Source: an uncultured Candidatus Rokubacteria bacterium
GTDB lineage: Bacteria > Methylomirabilota > Methylomirabilia > Rokubacteriales > CSP1-6
Direction of reading: 5' to 3'
Assembly: GCA_963754315.1 (NCBI GenBank)
Contig: CAVWFS010000016.1
Coordinates: 64,001 to 128,000 of the forward strand
DNA: 64,000 nucleotides
A model generated the notes under the pieces. The model was not told the origin of the DNA. It saw nothing but the letters and a program-made list of their open reading frames with translations, and ran no database searches. Positions 53,351 through 63,040 of the stretch are shown here, piece after piece (the first letter of the stretch is position 1; each line of letters opens with the position of its first letter). The translations under genes and the position numbers were made by a program.

Positions 53351-54474
53351 CGGACGATCTCCTCGTAGGCCAGGGTGATTAGGTCGTGGTACTCCTTGAT
53401 CGGCATCTGCCGGGAGTACTGGGCCAGATCCGACGCGCTCACCCCCTTGAAGAGTAATTCCTTCGCCTTGGGACTGATGAGGGGCAGCACCCGGTCGGGG
53501 TCGACCCCCGGATACCAGCCGAAGCGCTCGACGATGGCCTTGGCCTGGACCTCGGGCGTGGCGACGTAGTCGATGTATCGTGCCGCCATTTCGCGGTTAG
53601 CCGCCTCCCGGGGCACCACGAGGTAGAGTGGGTAGATCGGCAGGCCGGGCGCGATCAACGCGGGGGTCATCGATTGATCCATTCGGCCCTCGTTCTTCCA
53701 GGCGACGAGCTGGTCGATCCAGACCGCGCCCATCCAGACCTCGCCGCGATTGAGGGCGTCAAGAGTCCCGGCGTTGCCGTTGGTAATGAGGGCGTCGCGG
53801 TTGAAGTCGCGGAGCGCAGTCACCGCCGTGCGGATGGCCCCGTCCCTGGCCTTGTCGAAGGGACCCTGGGTGAGCTGGTTATAGAGCCCTGTCTTCCAGT
53901 ACACCCAGCCCATCGTGAAGCCAACGCCCGACACCCCGCCCTTGATGCCGTTGTAGCCAAACTTGCCCGGGTTGGCCTTGACCCAGGCGGTGAGATCCTC
54001 GAATGACTTCGGTGGCATGGCGACCTTGGCTGGGTTGTAGGCGATGGCGATCTGGTTGTGGAACATGGGGACCACGTAGCCGTCGACCTTGACGCCGAAC
54101 GCTTCCTTGACCTCCGCGCCCTTGACCAGGGCGGCGTTCTTCATCTGCGGGACGTAGGCATGGAGCAGTCCTTCCTTCACCATCTGCGAGGCGACCGCCA
54201 TGCTCACCAGGGCGACGTCGATGTCCCAGCCCTTGCGGCCGGTGTCGGCCTGCGCCTTGATCTTCGTGTAAATCGCGCGGCTGGCCGGCTCGCCGGTGCC
54301 GGTGCCGACCACGTTCAGGTCGACGTCAGGTGCCTGGGCCTTGAATCCTGGACCGAGCACCGTCTTGTGCACCTCGACCACGTTCACGTCAGCGCCGATC
54401 GCCACGTTGAGCCGGGTGGCGGCCGACGCCGGGACCGTGAGGATGAGCAGCAGGGTCAGGAGTCTGACGTGCAT
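53347..54474 (-). CDS. PotD/AfuA-like substrate-binding protein
   Basis: Signal peptide; IAYNP...PPKSFEDL..WVKANPGKFGY. Confidence 0.85.
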   Translation of the reverse strand: MHVRLLTLLLILTVPASAATRLNVAIGADVNVVEVHKTVLGPGFKAQAPDVDLNVVGTGTGEPASRAIYTKIKAQADTGRKGWDIDVALVSMAVASQMVKEGLLHAYVPQMKNAALVKGAEVKEAFGVKVDGYVVPMFHNQIAIAYNPAKVAMPPKSFEDLTAWVKANPGKFGYNGIKGGVSGVGFTMGWVYWKTGLYNQLTQGPFDKARDGAIRTAVTALRDFNRDALITNGNAGTLDALNRGEVWMGAVWIDQLVAWKNEGRMDQSMTPALIAPGLPIYPLYLVVPREAANREMAARYIDYVATPEVQAKAIVERFGWYPGVDPDRVLPLISPKAKELLFKGVSASDLAQYSRQMPIKEYHDLITLAYEEIVR

Positions 54475-54520
54475 CGCTACCTCCTTGTCGACGGGCCACC
54501 TTGGTGCAGCGGCTCCGCGC

Positions 54521-55564
54521 TCAGTGTTCCCCTTCCTCGTACACACGCAGGCCATCGGATGCGATCCGGACCGTCACCGGGCCCTCCTCGACCGGCTCGG
54601 GGCTATCGGCCAGGAGCAAGGTGTTGCCCACCCGCACGTAGTGGCGGTAGAACGCGCCGAGGAACAGTCGCTCCTCGACGTGCCCGGCCAGCGTATTGCC
54701 ATCGCCGCTCGCACCTCGCGGCTCCAAGGTCACGTCGGATGAGCGGACTACCACCACCACCGCGCCGTGCGCGGGGCCGTTGTAGGGCAGACACTGGCCA
54801 GCTATGTGCAGCACGCCCGTCTCCGTCCGTCCCTCGCAGCGGGTGCTCACGCCCAGGAAGTCGGCGGCGAACACGCTGACCGGGCGGCGGTAGACCTCTT
54901 CGGGTGTGCCCGCCTGCACGACCCGTCCGCCGTGGAGGAGCACGACCCGATCGGCGATGGCGAGCGCTTCTTCCTGGTCGTGGGTGACATAGATGGTCGT
55001 GATTCCCACCCGCCGCTGCAGACGCCGCACCTCGACCCGGAGACGCTGGCGTACCTTGGCATCCAGATTCGACAGCGGTTCGTCGAGCAGGAGCACCCGT
55101 GGCTCGATCACGAGCGCGCGCGCGAGGGCTACCCGCTGCTGCTGGCCGCCCGACAGCGCCCCGGGCCTGCGGCGCGACATCGCCTCGACGTCGCCGATCT
55201 CGACGAGGGCGAGCGTGTCGAGCACACGGCGTCGCACCTCGACTGCGCCGACGCGCCGCAGGCGCAGGCCGTAGGCGACGTTGTCGAACACGGTCATGTG
55301 AGGCCAGAGCGCGTAGTTCTGAAACACCATGGCCGTGCCGCGCCCCTGGGGCGGCTGCCCCGTCACGTCGTCGCCAGCGAAGCGGATTGTGCCGGCGTCC
55401 ACGGAAATGAAGCCGGCGATGGACCGCAACAGGGTGGTCTTGCCGCAGCCCGAAGGACCGAGGATCGCCGATAGGCGTCCGGGCTCGAACGCTAAGGTCA
55501 CGTCACGCAGGGCCTCGACCTGGCCGTAGCGCTTGTAGACACGCTCGACCGTCACCGGGATCAT
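54521..55564 (-). CDS. PotA-like ABC ATP-binding protein
   Basis: GPSGCGKTT, LSGGQQQR, DEPLSNLD, THDQEEA. Confidence 0.95.
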   Translation of the reverse strand: MIPVTVERVYKRYGQVEALRDVTLAFEPGRLSAILGPSGCGKTTLLRSIAGFISVDAGTIRFAGDDVTGQPPQGRGTAMVFQNYALWPHMTVFDNVAYGLRLRRVGAVEVRRRVLDTLALVEIGDVEAMSRRRPGALSGGQQQRVALARALVIEPRVLLLDEPLSNLDAKVRQRLRVEVRRLQRRVGITTIYVTHDQEEALAIADRVVLLHGGRVVQAGTPEEVYRRPVSVFAADFLGVSTRCEGRTETGVLHIAGQCLPYNGPAHGAVVVVVRSSDVTLEPRGASGDGNTLAGHVEERLFLGAFYRHYVRVGNTLLLADSPEPVEEGPVTVRIASDGLRVYEEGEH

Positions 55565-55691
55565 CGGCGATGAGTCTAGCGCGTCGCGCCGCGCGCTGCG
55601 CGTGACAGCACCGTTACGGGGCCTTTCCCAAACGATTCCCGACCCGGCCCGCGGAGTCTATTGGGAAGGTGCCGTGCTGTATGATCGCGCC

Positions 55692-56759
55692 GTGCAGCTG
55701 CCGCTCCAGCCGCCTATCCGGCCGATGCTAGCCAAGCTCGTAGAGATCCTCCCCGAGGGCGAGGGATGGCTCTACGAGCCGAAATGGGACGGCTTCCGGG
55801 TTCTGCTCTTTCGTGACGGCCAGGAGTGGCTCCTGCAGAGCCGTGATCTCAAATCCCTGAATCGTTACTTTCCCGAGCTCGAAGCCGTCGTCATGGAGCA
55901 ACTTCCCGCGCGCGCGGTGGTCGACGGGGAGCTCGTCATCGTCGGCCCGAACGGCCTCGACTTCGAGGCTCTGCAGCTGCGCATCCATCCGGCGGCATCA
56001 CGCGTCAAGCTCCTCTCCGAGGAAAGCCCGGCGTCGCTCGTGCTGTGGGACCTCCTGTGCGAGGGAGACGAGGATCTGAGCACACGCCCCTTCGCGGATC
56101 GGCGCGCTCGACTCGAGCGAGCGTTCGCCGCAGCCCGGCCGCCGCTGCACGTGACCCCGATCACCCGCGACCGCGCCGTCGCCGCCGATTGGTTCGAGCG
56201 GTTCGAAGGCGCCGGACTGGATGGCGTCATGGCCAAGGCGGCCGATGGAATCTACACGCCTGATCAGCGCACCATGCTCAAGGTCAAGCACAAGCGCACC
56301 GTCGACGTCGTCCTCGCCGGATTCCGATGGCACAAGAACGAGCAGGGCACGGCCGTGGGCTCACTGCTCCTCGGGCTGTTTGACGAGCACGGCATCCTTC
56401 AGCACGTGGGCGTGGCCGCGAGCTTCACCGCGGCCGAGCGTCGCAGACTGGTCGGCGAGTTGGCCCCCCTTCGAGAGAACGCCGTTGCCGACCACCCCTG
56501 GCAGTCGTGGGCCACCAGCGAGCAACGCGTGCCGGGAGCAATGAGCCGGTGGAGTCGGGACAAGACCCTGGAATGGGAGCCGCTGCGGCCCGAGCGCGTG
56601 CTCGAAGTCTCGTTCGACCACATGCAGGGCAGCCGATTTCGCCACACCGCGCACTTCGTTCGCTGGCGCCCGGATAAGGAGCCGGCGGCGTGCACCTATG
56701 CCCAGCTCGAGGTGACTCCCCCCTACGAGCTCGAGCGGATCTTCTCCCACGGATCGTAG
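55692..56759 (+). CDS. ligC: ATP-dependent DNA ligase, LigC type
   Basis: EPKWDGFR, DGELV, GLDGVMAK, RFRH...RWRPDK. Confidence 0.9.
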   Translation: MQLPLQPPIRPMLAKLVEILPEGEGWLYEPKWDGFRVLLFRDGQEWLLQSRDLKSLNRYFPELEAVVMEQLPARAVVDGELVIVGPNGLDFEALQLRIHPAASRVKLLSEESPASLVLWDLLCEGDEDLSTRPFADRRARLERAFAAARPPLHVTPITRDRAVAADWFERFEGAGLDGVMAKAADGIYTPDQRTMLKVKHKRTVDVVLAGFRWHKNEQGTAVGSLLLGLFDEHGILQHVGVAASFTAAERRRLVGELAPLRENAVADHPWQSWATSEQRVPGAMSRWSRDKTLEWEPLRPERVLEVSFDHMQGSRFRHTAHFVRWRPDKEPAACTYAQLEVTPPYELERIFSHGS

Positions 56760-57973
56760 TCCGGATCGGGCGGCTCCTCGGATGGCCGTTGGTCGGGGGG
56801 AACTCGGCGCAGGTTGACGCGGATCCGAGTCCAGGTCGTCGAGCGGCCGCGCATGGTGTCCACGAGCACGTCCTCGTCCTCGACGTGGGATGCGGCCTCG
56901 GGGTGACGCTCGCGCCATCGAGCCAGTCCGGCCAGGGCGTCCTCCTTCTTCGCCGCTTTGGCTACCGTGATGAGCGGCATCGTCCTTCGCTTCGAGGGCT
57001 GGACTCGAGGCGGTTCCCCAGCTTGCTTCCGGTAGTGAGGGGGCCAGGGCGCGTCGCCCAGCCCTTCCGCGTCGTGACGCGCGGCCAGCTCGAGAAGCGA
57101 CTCCAGCGAGCAGGCGCTCTCGTCCATGCCTGCCGCAAGGTCACCCCGCTGCGCGTAGCGCGCGGGCATTGTCCTCAGCGTGAAATCGCCGAGCTCGCAG
57201 GACGGTACTTCTTCCCAGGAGAGAGGCGCCGAGACCCGGCCGTCGGGGGTGGGTCGCACGGAATAGGCCGAGGCGACGGTGCGATCCTTGGCGTTCTGGT
57301 TATAGTCGAGAAAGACCCCGTGACGCTCTTCCTTCCACCATTTGCTGGTGACGAGGTCGGGCGCGCGACGTTCGACCTCGCGCGCGAGCGCCAAGGCAGC
57401 CCGCCGCACGTCGTCGAACCCCCATCGTGGTTCGATCCGCACGTAGACGTGCATACCCCGGGACCCCGAGGTCTTGGGCCATCCCACGAGGCCAAAATCG
57501 GCGAGCGCTTCATGGACGAGGCCGGCCGCCGCCCGAATGCTGTCAAAGCCCACGCCAGGACCGGGATCCAGGTCCACGCGCAACTCGTCGGGGTGATCCA
57601 GATCGGTGGCCCGGACGGGGTGCGGGTTGAGGTCGATGCAGCCCAGATTCACGAGCCACGCAAGCTGCGCGAGATCGGTCACGACGATCTCGTCGGCCGT
57701 TCGTCCTGAAGGAAACGCGAGCGATATCGTCTTGACCCACTCGGGACGTTTCGTTGGTGCCCGCTTCTGGAAAAAGAAGTCCCCCTCCGCGCCGTTTGGG
57801 TAGCGTTTCAGCACGATAGGACGGTTGAAGATGCCGCGAAGAGCCCCGTCACCGACGGCGAGGTAGTAGCGGACCAGGTCCATCTTGGTGATGCCGGCCT
57901 CGGGAAAGTAGAGCTTTTCTGGGTTTGAAACCTTTACTGGGCGCCCTACGATCTCCAGGATCTCAGCGTTCAT
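56723..57973 (-). CDS. Stand-alone LigD polymerase (Prim-Pol/AEP) domain protein with C-terminal extension
   Basis: SNPEKLYFP, FFQKR, ELRVDLDP, KTSGSRGMH, FLDYNQN, AYSVRP. Confidence 0.9.
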   Translation of the reverse strand: MNAEILEIVGRPVKVSNPEKLYFPEAGITKMDLVRYYLAVGDGALRGIFNRPIVLKRYPNGAEGDFFFQKRAPTKRPEWVKTISLAFPSGRTADEIVVTDLAQLAWLVNLGCIDLNPHPVRATDLDHPDELRVDLDPGPGVGFDSIRAAAGLVHEALADFGLVGWPKTSGSRGMHVYVRIEPRWGFDDVRRAALALAREVERRAPDLVTSKWWKEERHGVFLDYNQNAKDRTVASAYSVRPTPDGRVSAPLSWEEVPSCELGDFTLRTMPARYAQRGDLAAGMDESACSLESLLELAARHDAEGLGDAPWPPHYRKQAGEPPRVQPSKRRTMPLITVAKAAKKEDALAGLARWRERHPEAASHVEDEDVLVDTMRGRSTTWTRIRVNLRRVPPDQRPSEEPPDPDYDPWEKIRSSS

Positions 57974-58076
57974 ATTGGTCGACACCTCGACTATAAACTC
58001 CTGCCGAAGGCGCGGTCAGCTTCCGGGGAGCGCCACCCCACCCGAACCGGCCGGGCTACAATGCCGGACAGACGGT

Positions 58077-58472
58077 ATGCTCGACGAGATCCGCCGCGTC
58101 CTCGAGGATGAGGCCGACCTCGCGTTTGCCCTGGTGTTCGGGTCAGCCGGCCGGGGCACGCTAGGGCCGACTAGCGATGTCGATGTGGCGGTTGAGTTCC
58201 GCCCCGAAGCCGCGCCCGACCGGGTGACCCTCGGCCGTCTGGCGGCCCGGCTGGAGTCGGCGGCGCGACGCCGGGTCGACCTGGTTCTCCTGGACAAAGC
58301 TCCCGTCGCCCTCAGCTACCGGATCTTCCGTGACGGCCGCGTGCTCCTGGAGCGGGATCAGCCGGCCCTGGTCCGGCGCAAGGCACAGGCTATTCTGCAG
58401 TACCTCGATTTTAAGCCTGTGGAGGAGCGCTGTGCCGAGGGCGTGCTCCGTGCCGCGGCACGCCGTGGTTGA
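58077..58472 (+). CDS. mntA: MntA-type nucleotidyltransferase antitoxin
   Basis: VFGS.GRG....SDVDVAV, RVDLV.L. Confidence 0.85.
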   Translation: MLDEIRRVLEDEADLAFALVFGSAGRGTLGPTSDVDVAVEFRPEAAPDRVTLGRLAARLESAARRRVDLVLLDKAPVALSYRIFRDGRVLLERDQPALVRRKAQAILQYLDFKPVEERCAEGVLRAAARRG

Positions 58473-58884
58473 CCGCGCCCGTCTCGCCAAGCAGGTCGCA
58501 ACGGTCCGCGACGCCGTTGCCAGGATCCGTGCCGTGCTCCCGTCGTCTGTCGAGACGTTCGAGGGCGATCGGACAGCTCGGGAGGTCGTCGTGCTGAATC
58601 TGTTCATCGGGATCCAGGCCTGTCTCGACCTTGCCGCTCACTGGCTGGCCGACGAGGGCTGGGACGTTCCCCAGCAGTACGGCGAGATCTTCTTGGGCCT
58701 TGCTGATCACGGGGTCATCTCGCGTCCCCTTGCCCTCCGGCTCGTGGCGGCGGCCGGGCTCCGCAATCTCGTGGCCCACCAGTACGGCGCCCTTGACTGG
58801 GCACGCATCTATGCCACAGCGTCGGCCTCGGACCTGGACGACCTCGAGGCGTTTTGTGCGGCGCTCGCAGCCAAGCTTCGGTGA
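58465..58884 (+). CDS. hepT: HepT/DUF86 RNase toxin
   Basis: RNLVAHQY = RX4HXY. Confidence 0.88.
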   Translation: MVDRARLAKQVATVRDAVARIRAVLPSSVETFEGDRTAREVVVLNLFIGIQACLDLAAHWLADEGWDVPQQYGEIFLGLADHGVISRPLALRLVAAAGLRNLVAHQYGALDWARIYATASASDLDDLEAFCAALAAKLR

Positions 58885-58918
58885 GATCGAGCCAAGGTCA
58901 GCGCACGGCGGGACACGG

Positions 58919-59923
58919 TCAGGTCCTGGTCTGAGGGTTGAGCAGCGGGTAGAGCAGATCCACGCCAAGGTTGATGACGACATACACGATCGTGGTGAGC
59001 AGGGTGAAGGCCATGATGGCTGGATAGTCCTGGTTCTCGACGGCGGTGACGGCATAGAGCCCAAGGCCCGGCCACGAGAAGATCGTCTCGGTGATGACCA
59101 CGCCGCCGATGAGCTGGCCGAGCTGGATACCCACCACGGTGACGATCGGCACAGAGGCATTGCGTAAGGCGTGCTTGAGGACCACCCTGGGCTCGGGCAG
59201 GCCCTTGGCGCGCGCCGTGCGCAAGTAGTCCTCGTGAAGAATGTCGAGCATGGCAGCTCGGGTAATACGCGTGATCATGGCCAGCGAGATCACGGACAGA
59301 ATCGAGGCGGGCAGGATGAGGTGACGAAGCGCGTCGCCGAATACCACGAGTTGCCCGCTCAGCAGGGAATCGACGAGGTACAGGCCTGTGATGGTCGGCG
59401 GCGGCGTCACCCCGACGGCGAGCCGGCCACCGGCCGGCAGAAGATCGAGCTGTCGATAGAAGACCAGCACGGCCATCAGGCCCAGCCAGAAGATGGGCAT
59501 GGAGCCGAGGAACACCGAGCCGGGGGTGATCAACCGGTCGAGCCAGCGGCCGGCCCGGATGGCCGAAACCACGCCGAGGGGGATTCCAATGAGCGCGCTG
59601 ATGGCGATGGCGGCCAGGGCCAGCTCCACCGAGGCCGGCCAGAATTTTCGAAGATCCTCGCTCACGGGCTTGTTGTTGACCATGGACCGCCCGAAGTCGC
59701 CCAGGAGCGCGCTGCGCATATAAAAGACGTAGCGGATCACCATCGGCCGGTCGAGCCCCAGGCGCTCTCGGGCATGGGCAATCATCTCGGGTGTGGCGTC
59801 CCCGCCGCCGGCAGCGATGAATGCGGGGTCGCCGGGCAGGTACTGGCTCAGGACGAACACGGCCAGCGAGATGGCAGCCATGAGCACGGCCAGGAGCGGC
59901 AGTCGTCCGAGGACCAGCCTCAT
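58919..59923 (-). CDS. Peptide ABC permease (DppB-like)
   Basis: PGDPA, GDFGRS, YLRTARAKG, ETIFSWPGLG. Confidence 0.92.
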   Translation of the reverse strand: MRLVLGRLPLLAVLMAAISLAVFVLSQYLPGDPAFIAAGGGDATPEMIAHARERLGLDRPMVIRYVFYMRSALLGDFGRSMVNNKPVSEDLRKFWPASVELALAAIAISALIGIPLGVVSAIRAGRWLDRLITPGSVFLGSMPIFWLGLMAVLVFYRQLDLLPAGGRLAVGVTPPPTITGLYLVDSLLSGQLVVFGDALRHLILPASILSVISLAMITRITRAAMLDILHEDYLRTARAKGLPEPRVVLKHALRNASVPIVTVVGIQLGQLIGGVVITETIFSWPGLGLYAVTAVENQDYPAIMAFTLLTTIVYVVINLGVDLLYPLLNPQTRT

Positions 59924-60762
59924 CGCGTGCGACGTGCCGGATCGAGCGCGTCGCGCACCCGCTCGCCCAAGATGTTGAAGGCCAGCACCACGAGGAAGAT
60001 GGCAAGGCCCGGGAACGTGGCGTACCACGGGTAGTCGAGCAGGTATTTTCGTCCGATGGTCACCATCGCACCCCATTCCGGCAGCGGGGGCTGGGCGCCT
60101 ACACCCAGGAAGGACAGCGCGGCAAGCAACAGAATGGCCAGACTCACGTCGATGGTGGCCTTGACGAGGACGGGCGCGTAACAGTTCGGCAAGAGGTGCC
60201 TCAGCATGATCCACCACGCGTGCTGGCCGAGGGCCTGCGATGCCAGAACGAACTCGCGCTGTCGATAGACAAGGACCTGGGCCCGCATGAGGCGCGCGTA
60301 CTGAGCCCACCAGGTGAGGCTGAGTGCCAGCACGCAAGTCACCAACCCACGCCCCATGACCGAGGTGATGGCGAGCGCCCAGACGATTTGCGGCAAGGCC
60401 AGGAAGAATTCGGTGACCCGCATCAGCGCCTCGTCGGTACGGCGACCCGCATAGCCGATGCCGAGCCCGGCCAGCGAGCCCACCGTGAGGGAAAGCACGA
60501 TCAGGGAGAGGGCGGCCACGAGAGTTGGGCGCGCTCCGTAGACTACCCGCGCCCACAGATCACGGCCGTTCTCGTCCGTTCCCAGGGCGTGAGCGAGGCT
60601 CGGTGGCTGCAGGCGCTCCAGGAACACGATGGCGTTCGGGTCGCGCCGCGTGAAGAGCTGCGGAGCAAAGGTCATGGCGAGAGCGACGAGGACGACGGCG
60701 GTCGCGGCCATCACGGATAGGTCGCCGCGAAAGAACGCGACACCGGGCAAGCGCCTGCCCAA
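59920..60762 (-). CDS. Peptide ABC permease (DppC-like)
   Basis: LGTDENGRD, HLLPN, LSFLGVG.QPP.PEWG. Confidence 0.92.
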   Translation of the reverse strand: MGRRLPGVAFFRGDLSVMAATAVVLVALAMTFAPQLFTRRDPNAIVFLERLQPPSLAHALGTDENGRDLWARVVYGARPTLVAALSLIVLSLTVGSLAGLGIGYAGRRTDEALMRVTEFFLALPQIVWALAITSVMGRGLVTCVLALSLTWWAQYARLMRAQVLVYRQREFVLASQALGQHAWWIMLRHLLPNCYAPVLVKATIDVSLAILLLAALSFLGVGAQPPLPEWGAMVTIGRKYLLDYPWYATFPGLAIFLVVLAFNILGERVRDALDPARRTR

Positions 60763-60779
60763 AGGCCCTCCGGATATGG

Positions 60780-61436
60780 TCAGCGAACGCCCAGGCGCGC
60801 GAGCAAATCTGCGAGAGGAACGTCGGCGAGCGAGGCGAGCGTGAGATCGGCGGCGGCGAGGTCGAGGCGCGCGGTCAGGGGATTGGGCACCGCAATACAG
60901 GTCAATCCGGCGCGCTTGGCAGCCAGCACGCCGTTGGGTGAGTCCTCCAGCGCCACCGCCTGGCGGGCGGGCACGCCGGTCGCCTCGAGGACGGCCAGGT
61001 ACAGCGCGGGATCCGGCTTCACGCGCGCCACGTCGTCGGCGCAGCGGACCACATCGAAACGATCGCGCAGCCCCAGCCGCGTCAGGTGTCCCTCGACCCA
61101 GGCTCGGCTGGAGGAGGAGGCCACACCGAGCGAGAGACCGAGACGCTGCGCCTCGTCCACATACTCGCGAACACCGGGGAGGACGGGCTGCAGCGCGATC
61201 AGCGCGTCAGCCCGCAGGCGATGGCTGCGCAGCAGGGGGGCGGTCTCGAGGGGCCGGCCGAGCAGCCCCTGGAGATCGAGGCAGGGATCGAACGTGTCGG
61301 CGGTGCCGATGCATTCGGCCCATCGAGCGAAGTCGAGCTGATGACCATGCTCGGCGTAGATGGCCTGCCAGGCGTCGTAGACCGGCGCTTCCGTGTCGAG
61401 GATGAGACCGTCGAAGTCGAAGATGACCAGTTGCAC
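60780..61436 (-). CDS. HAD superfamily hydrolase (subfamily IA)
   Basis: IFDFDGLILDTE, KPDP, EDSPNG. Confidence 0.92.
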   Translation of the reverse strand: MQLVIFDFDGLILDTEAPVYDAWQAIYAEHGHQLDFARWAECIGTADTFDPCLDLQGLLGRPLETAPLLRSHRLRADALIALQPVLPGVREYVDEAQRLGLSLGVASSSSRAWVEGHLTRLGLRDRFDVVRCADDVARVKPDPALYLAVLEATGVPARQAVALEDSPNGVLAAKRAGLTCIAVPNPLTARLDLAAADLTLASLADVPLADLLARLGVR

Positions 61437-61443
61437 GCCGGGT

Positions 61444-63018
61444 TCAACGCTCCCGGTACATGTCGTAATAGCGGAAGGACACGCGGTCGCCGAGGTACAC
61501 GAAGCCCTTGACGTCCTTGCGAGCCACAAACTTGTCGACGATACGGCCGTTGACGATGAGGGCGGCGTCGCGCCATACCAGCTCGGCCGCCTGCCGCTCA
61601 AGCTTCAGCTCACGGTCGCGCTCGGTGGTGGTCATGGCCTCGTTGACGAGCTTGTCGTAATCGGGGTTGGCGTAGTAGGTGAAGTTCCGTCCGCCCTTCA
61701 TCGGGCTCGCCTCGGAGTGGTACATGTTGAACAGGAAATCGAGGGCAGTGGGGACAAACATCGGACGGAAGTACCCGAACAGGTGAATGGCCGTGTTCGG
61801 ATCGCGGGTGGTCCCCCAATCGGTAGCCTTCTTGACGAGAGCCGGCCACGTGTCGTCGTAGAACTCGACGGTGATGTTCTGCTTGATCAGCTCCGCCTGG
61901 AACAGCTCGAAGATGGCTCGCTTGTCCACGTCGCCCTTCTGGGACTGAAAGCGTAGGCTGAGGCCGCCGTTTGGATAGCCCGCTTCGGTGAGAAGGTTCT
62001 TGGCGCGCCCCGGATTGTAGGGGTAGGGATTCTCGAGCTTCCAGTCCTTGCCCAGGATGGGTGTGAAGAGCGGTCCTGGGTTGGCCGCGTGGCCCGTAAT
62101 GGCGTTGAAGGCCTCCTGATTCCACAGATGATGCAGCGCCTTCCGCACGCGGAAGTCCTTGGTGGGAGCCACGTTTGTGTTGAGGTAGGTCACCATCAAG
62201 CTTGTGCCGAGCTTCTCGTAGACGGTCAGGTTCTGGTTGCGCTTGAGGGCGGGCAGCGAATCCTTGGTGACATTCTCGGAAAAGTCCAGCTCGCCCTTCT
62301 CGATCATGAGGCGCTGGGTCTCGGGCTCGTAGACGTGGCGCAGGTTGATGGTGGTGAATTTGCCCGCGGGCCAGCCGCGCCAGTAGAGTGGATTCTTCTT
62401 GCCCACGTGGATGATATTGGGCTCCCACTTCTCGAGCACATAGGGTCCTGTCCCCGCGGTGTGATCGCGCAGCCAGCCCTGAGCCTGGTCGCCCTTGTCC
62501 GCTTCCTTGAGGGCCTTGGGGCTCACGATCAACAGGAAGCGCAAGCCGGGCAGGAACATGTTATTCGGCTGCTCGAGGTGGAACACCACCGTGTTCGGCG
62601 AGGGCGTCTCTACCTTCGTCACCGGCTTGATCCAGAGATAGGTGGCCTTCTTGAGGGCCTGCGCCCGCTCCACGGACTGCTTCACGGCCGCCGCGTCGAA
62701 CGGGGTGCCATCGCTGAACTTGACCCCGTCGCGGAGCTTGAACGTATAGGTCTTGCCGTCCTTGGATACGGACCAGGAAGTGGCCAGGACGGGGCGCAGC
62801 GACGCGAGGTCGTCGTTGACATCGAGCAAGGACTCATAGAAGTTGTTGCCGGTCCACCAGAGAGTGTCGAGGGCGCCGGCATGCGGGTCGTAGGAGCCGA
62901 GTTGCGCGTACTTGCCGACATTCAGGACGTTTTCTGACTGGGCCGTGACCCCATGAGGCATGGCGAGGGTCAGCGCGCCCATGAGGGTCGCGACGATCGA
63001 GCGGATGTGGGGTCCCAT
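61444..63018 (-). CDS. Peptide ABC substrate-binding protein (family 5)
   Basis: FKLRDGVKFSDGTPFDA, GTGPY. Confidence 0.92.
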   Translation of the reverse strand: MGPHIRSIVATLMGALTLAMPHGVTAQSENVLNVGKYAQLGSYDPHAGALDTLWWTGNNFYESLLDVNDDLASLRPVLATSWSVSKDGKTYTFKLRDGVKFSDGTPFDAAAVKQSVERAQALKKATYLWIKPVTKVETPSPNTVVFHLEQPNNMFLPGLRFLLIVSPKALKEADKGDQAQGWLRDHTAGTGPYVLEKWEPNIIHVGKKNPLYWRGWPAGKFTTINLRHVYEPETQRLMIEKGELDFSENVTKDSLPALKRNQNLTVYEKLGTSLMVTYLNTNVAPTKDFRVRKALHHLWNQEAFNAITGHAANPGPLFTPILGKDWKLENPYPYNPGRAKNLLTEAGYPNGGLSLRFQSQKGDVDKRAIFELFQAELIKQNITVEFYDDTWPALVKKATDWGTTRDPNTAIHLFGYFRPMFVPTALDFLFNMYHSEASPMKGGRNFTYYANPDYDKLVNEAMTTTERDRELKLERQAAELVWRDAALIVNGRIVDKFVARKDVKGFVYLGDRVSFRYYDMYRER

Positions 63019-63040
63019 GTAGCATCCTCCGGTTGTGGTG

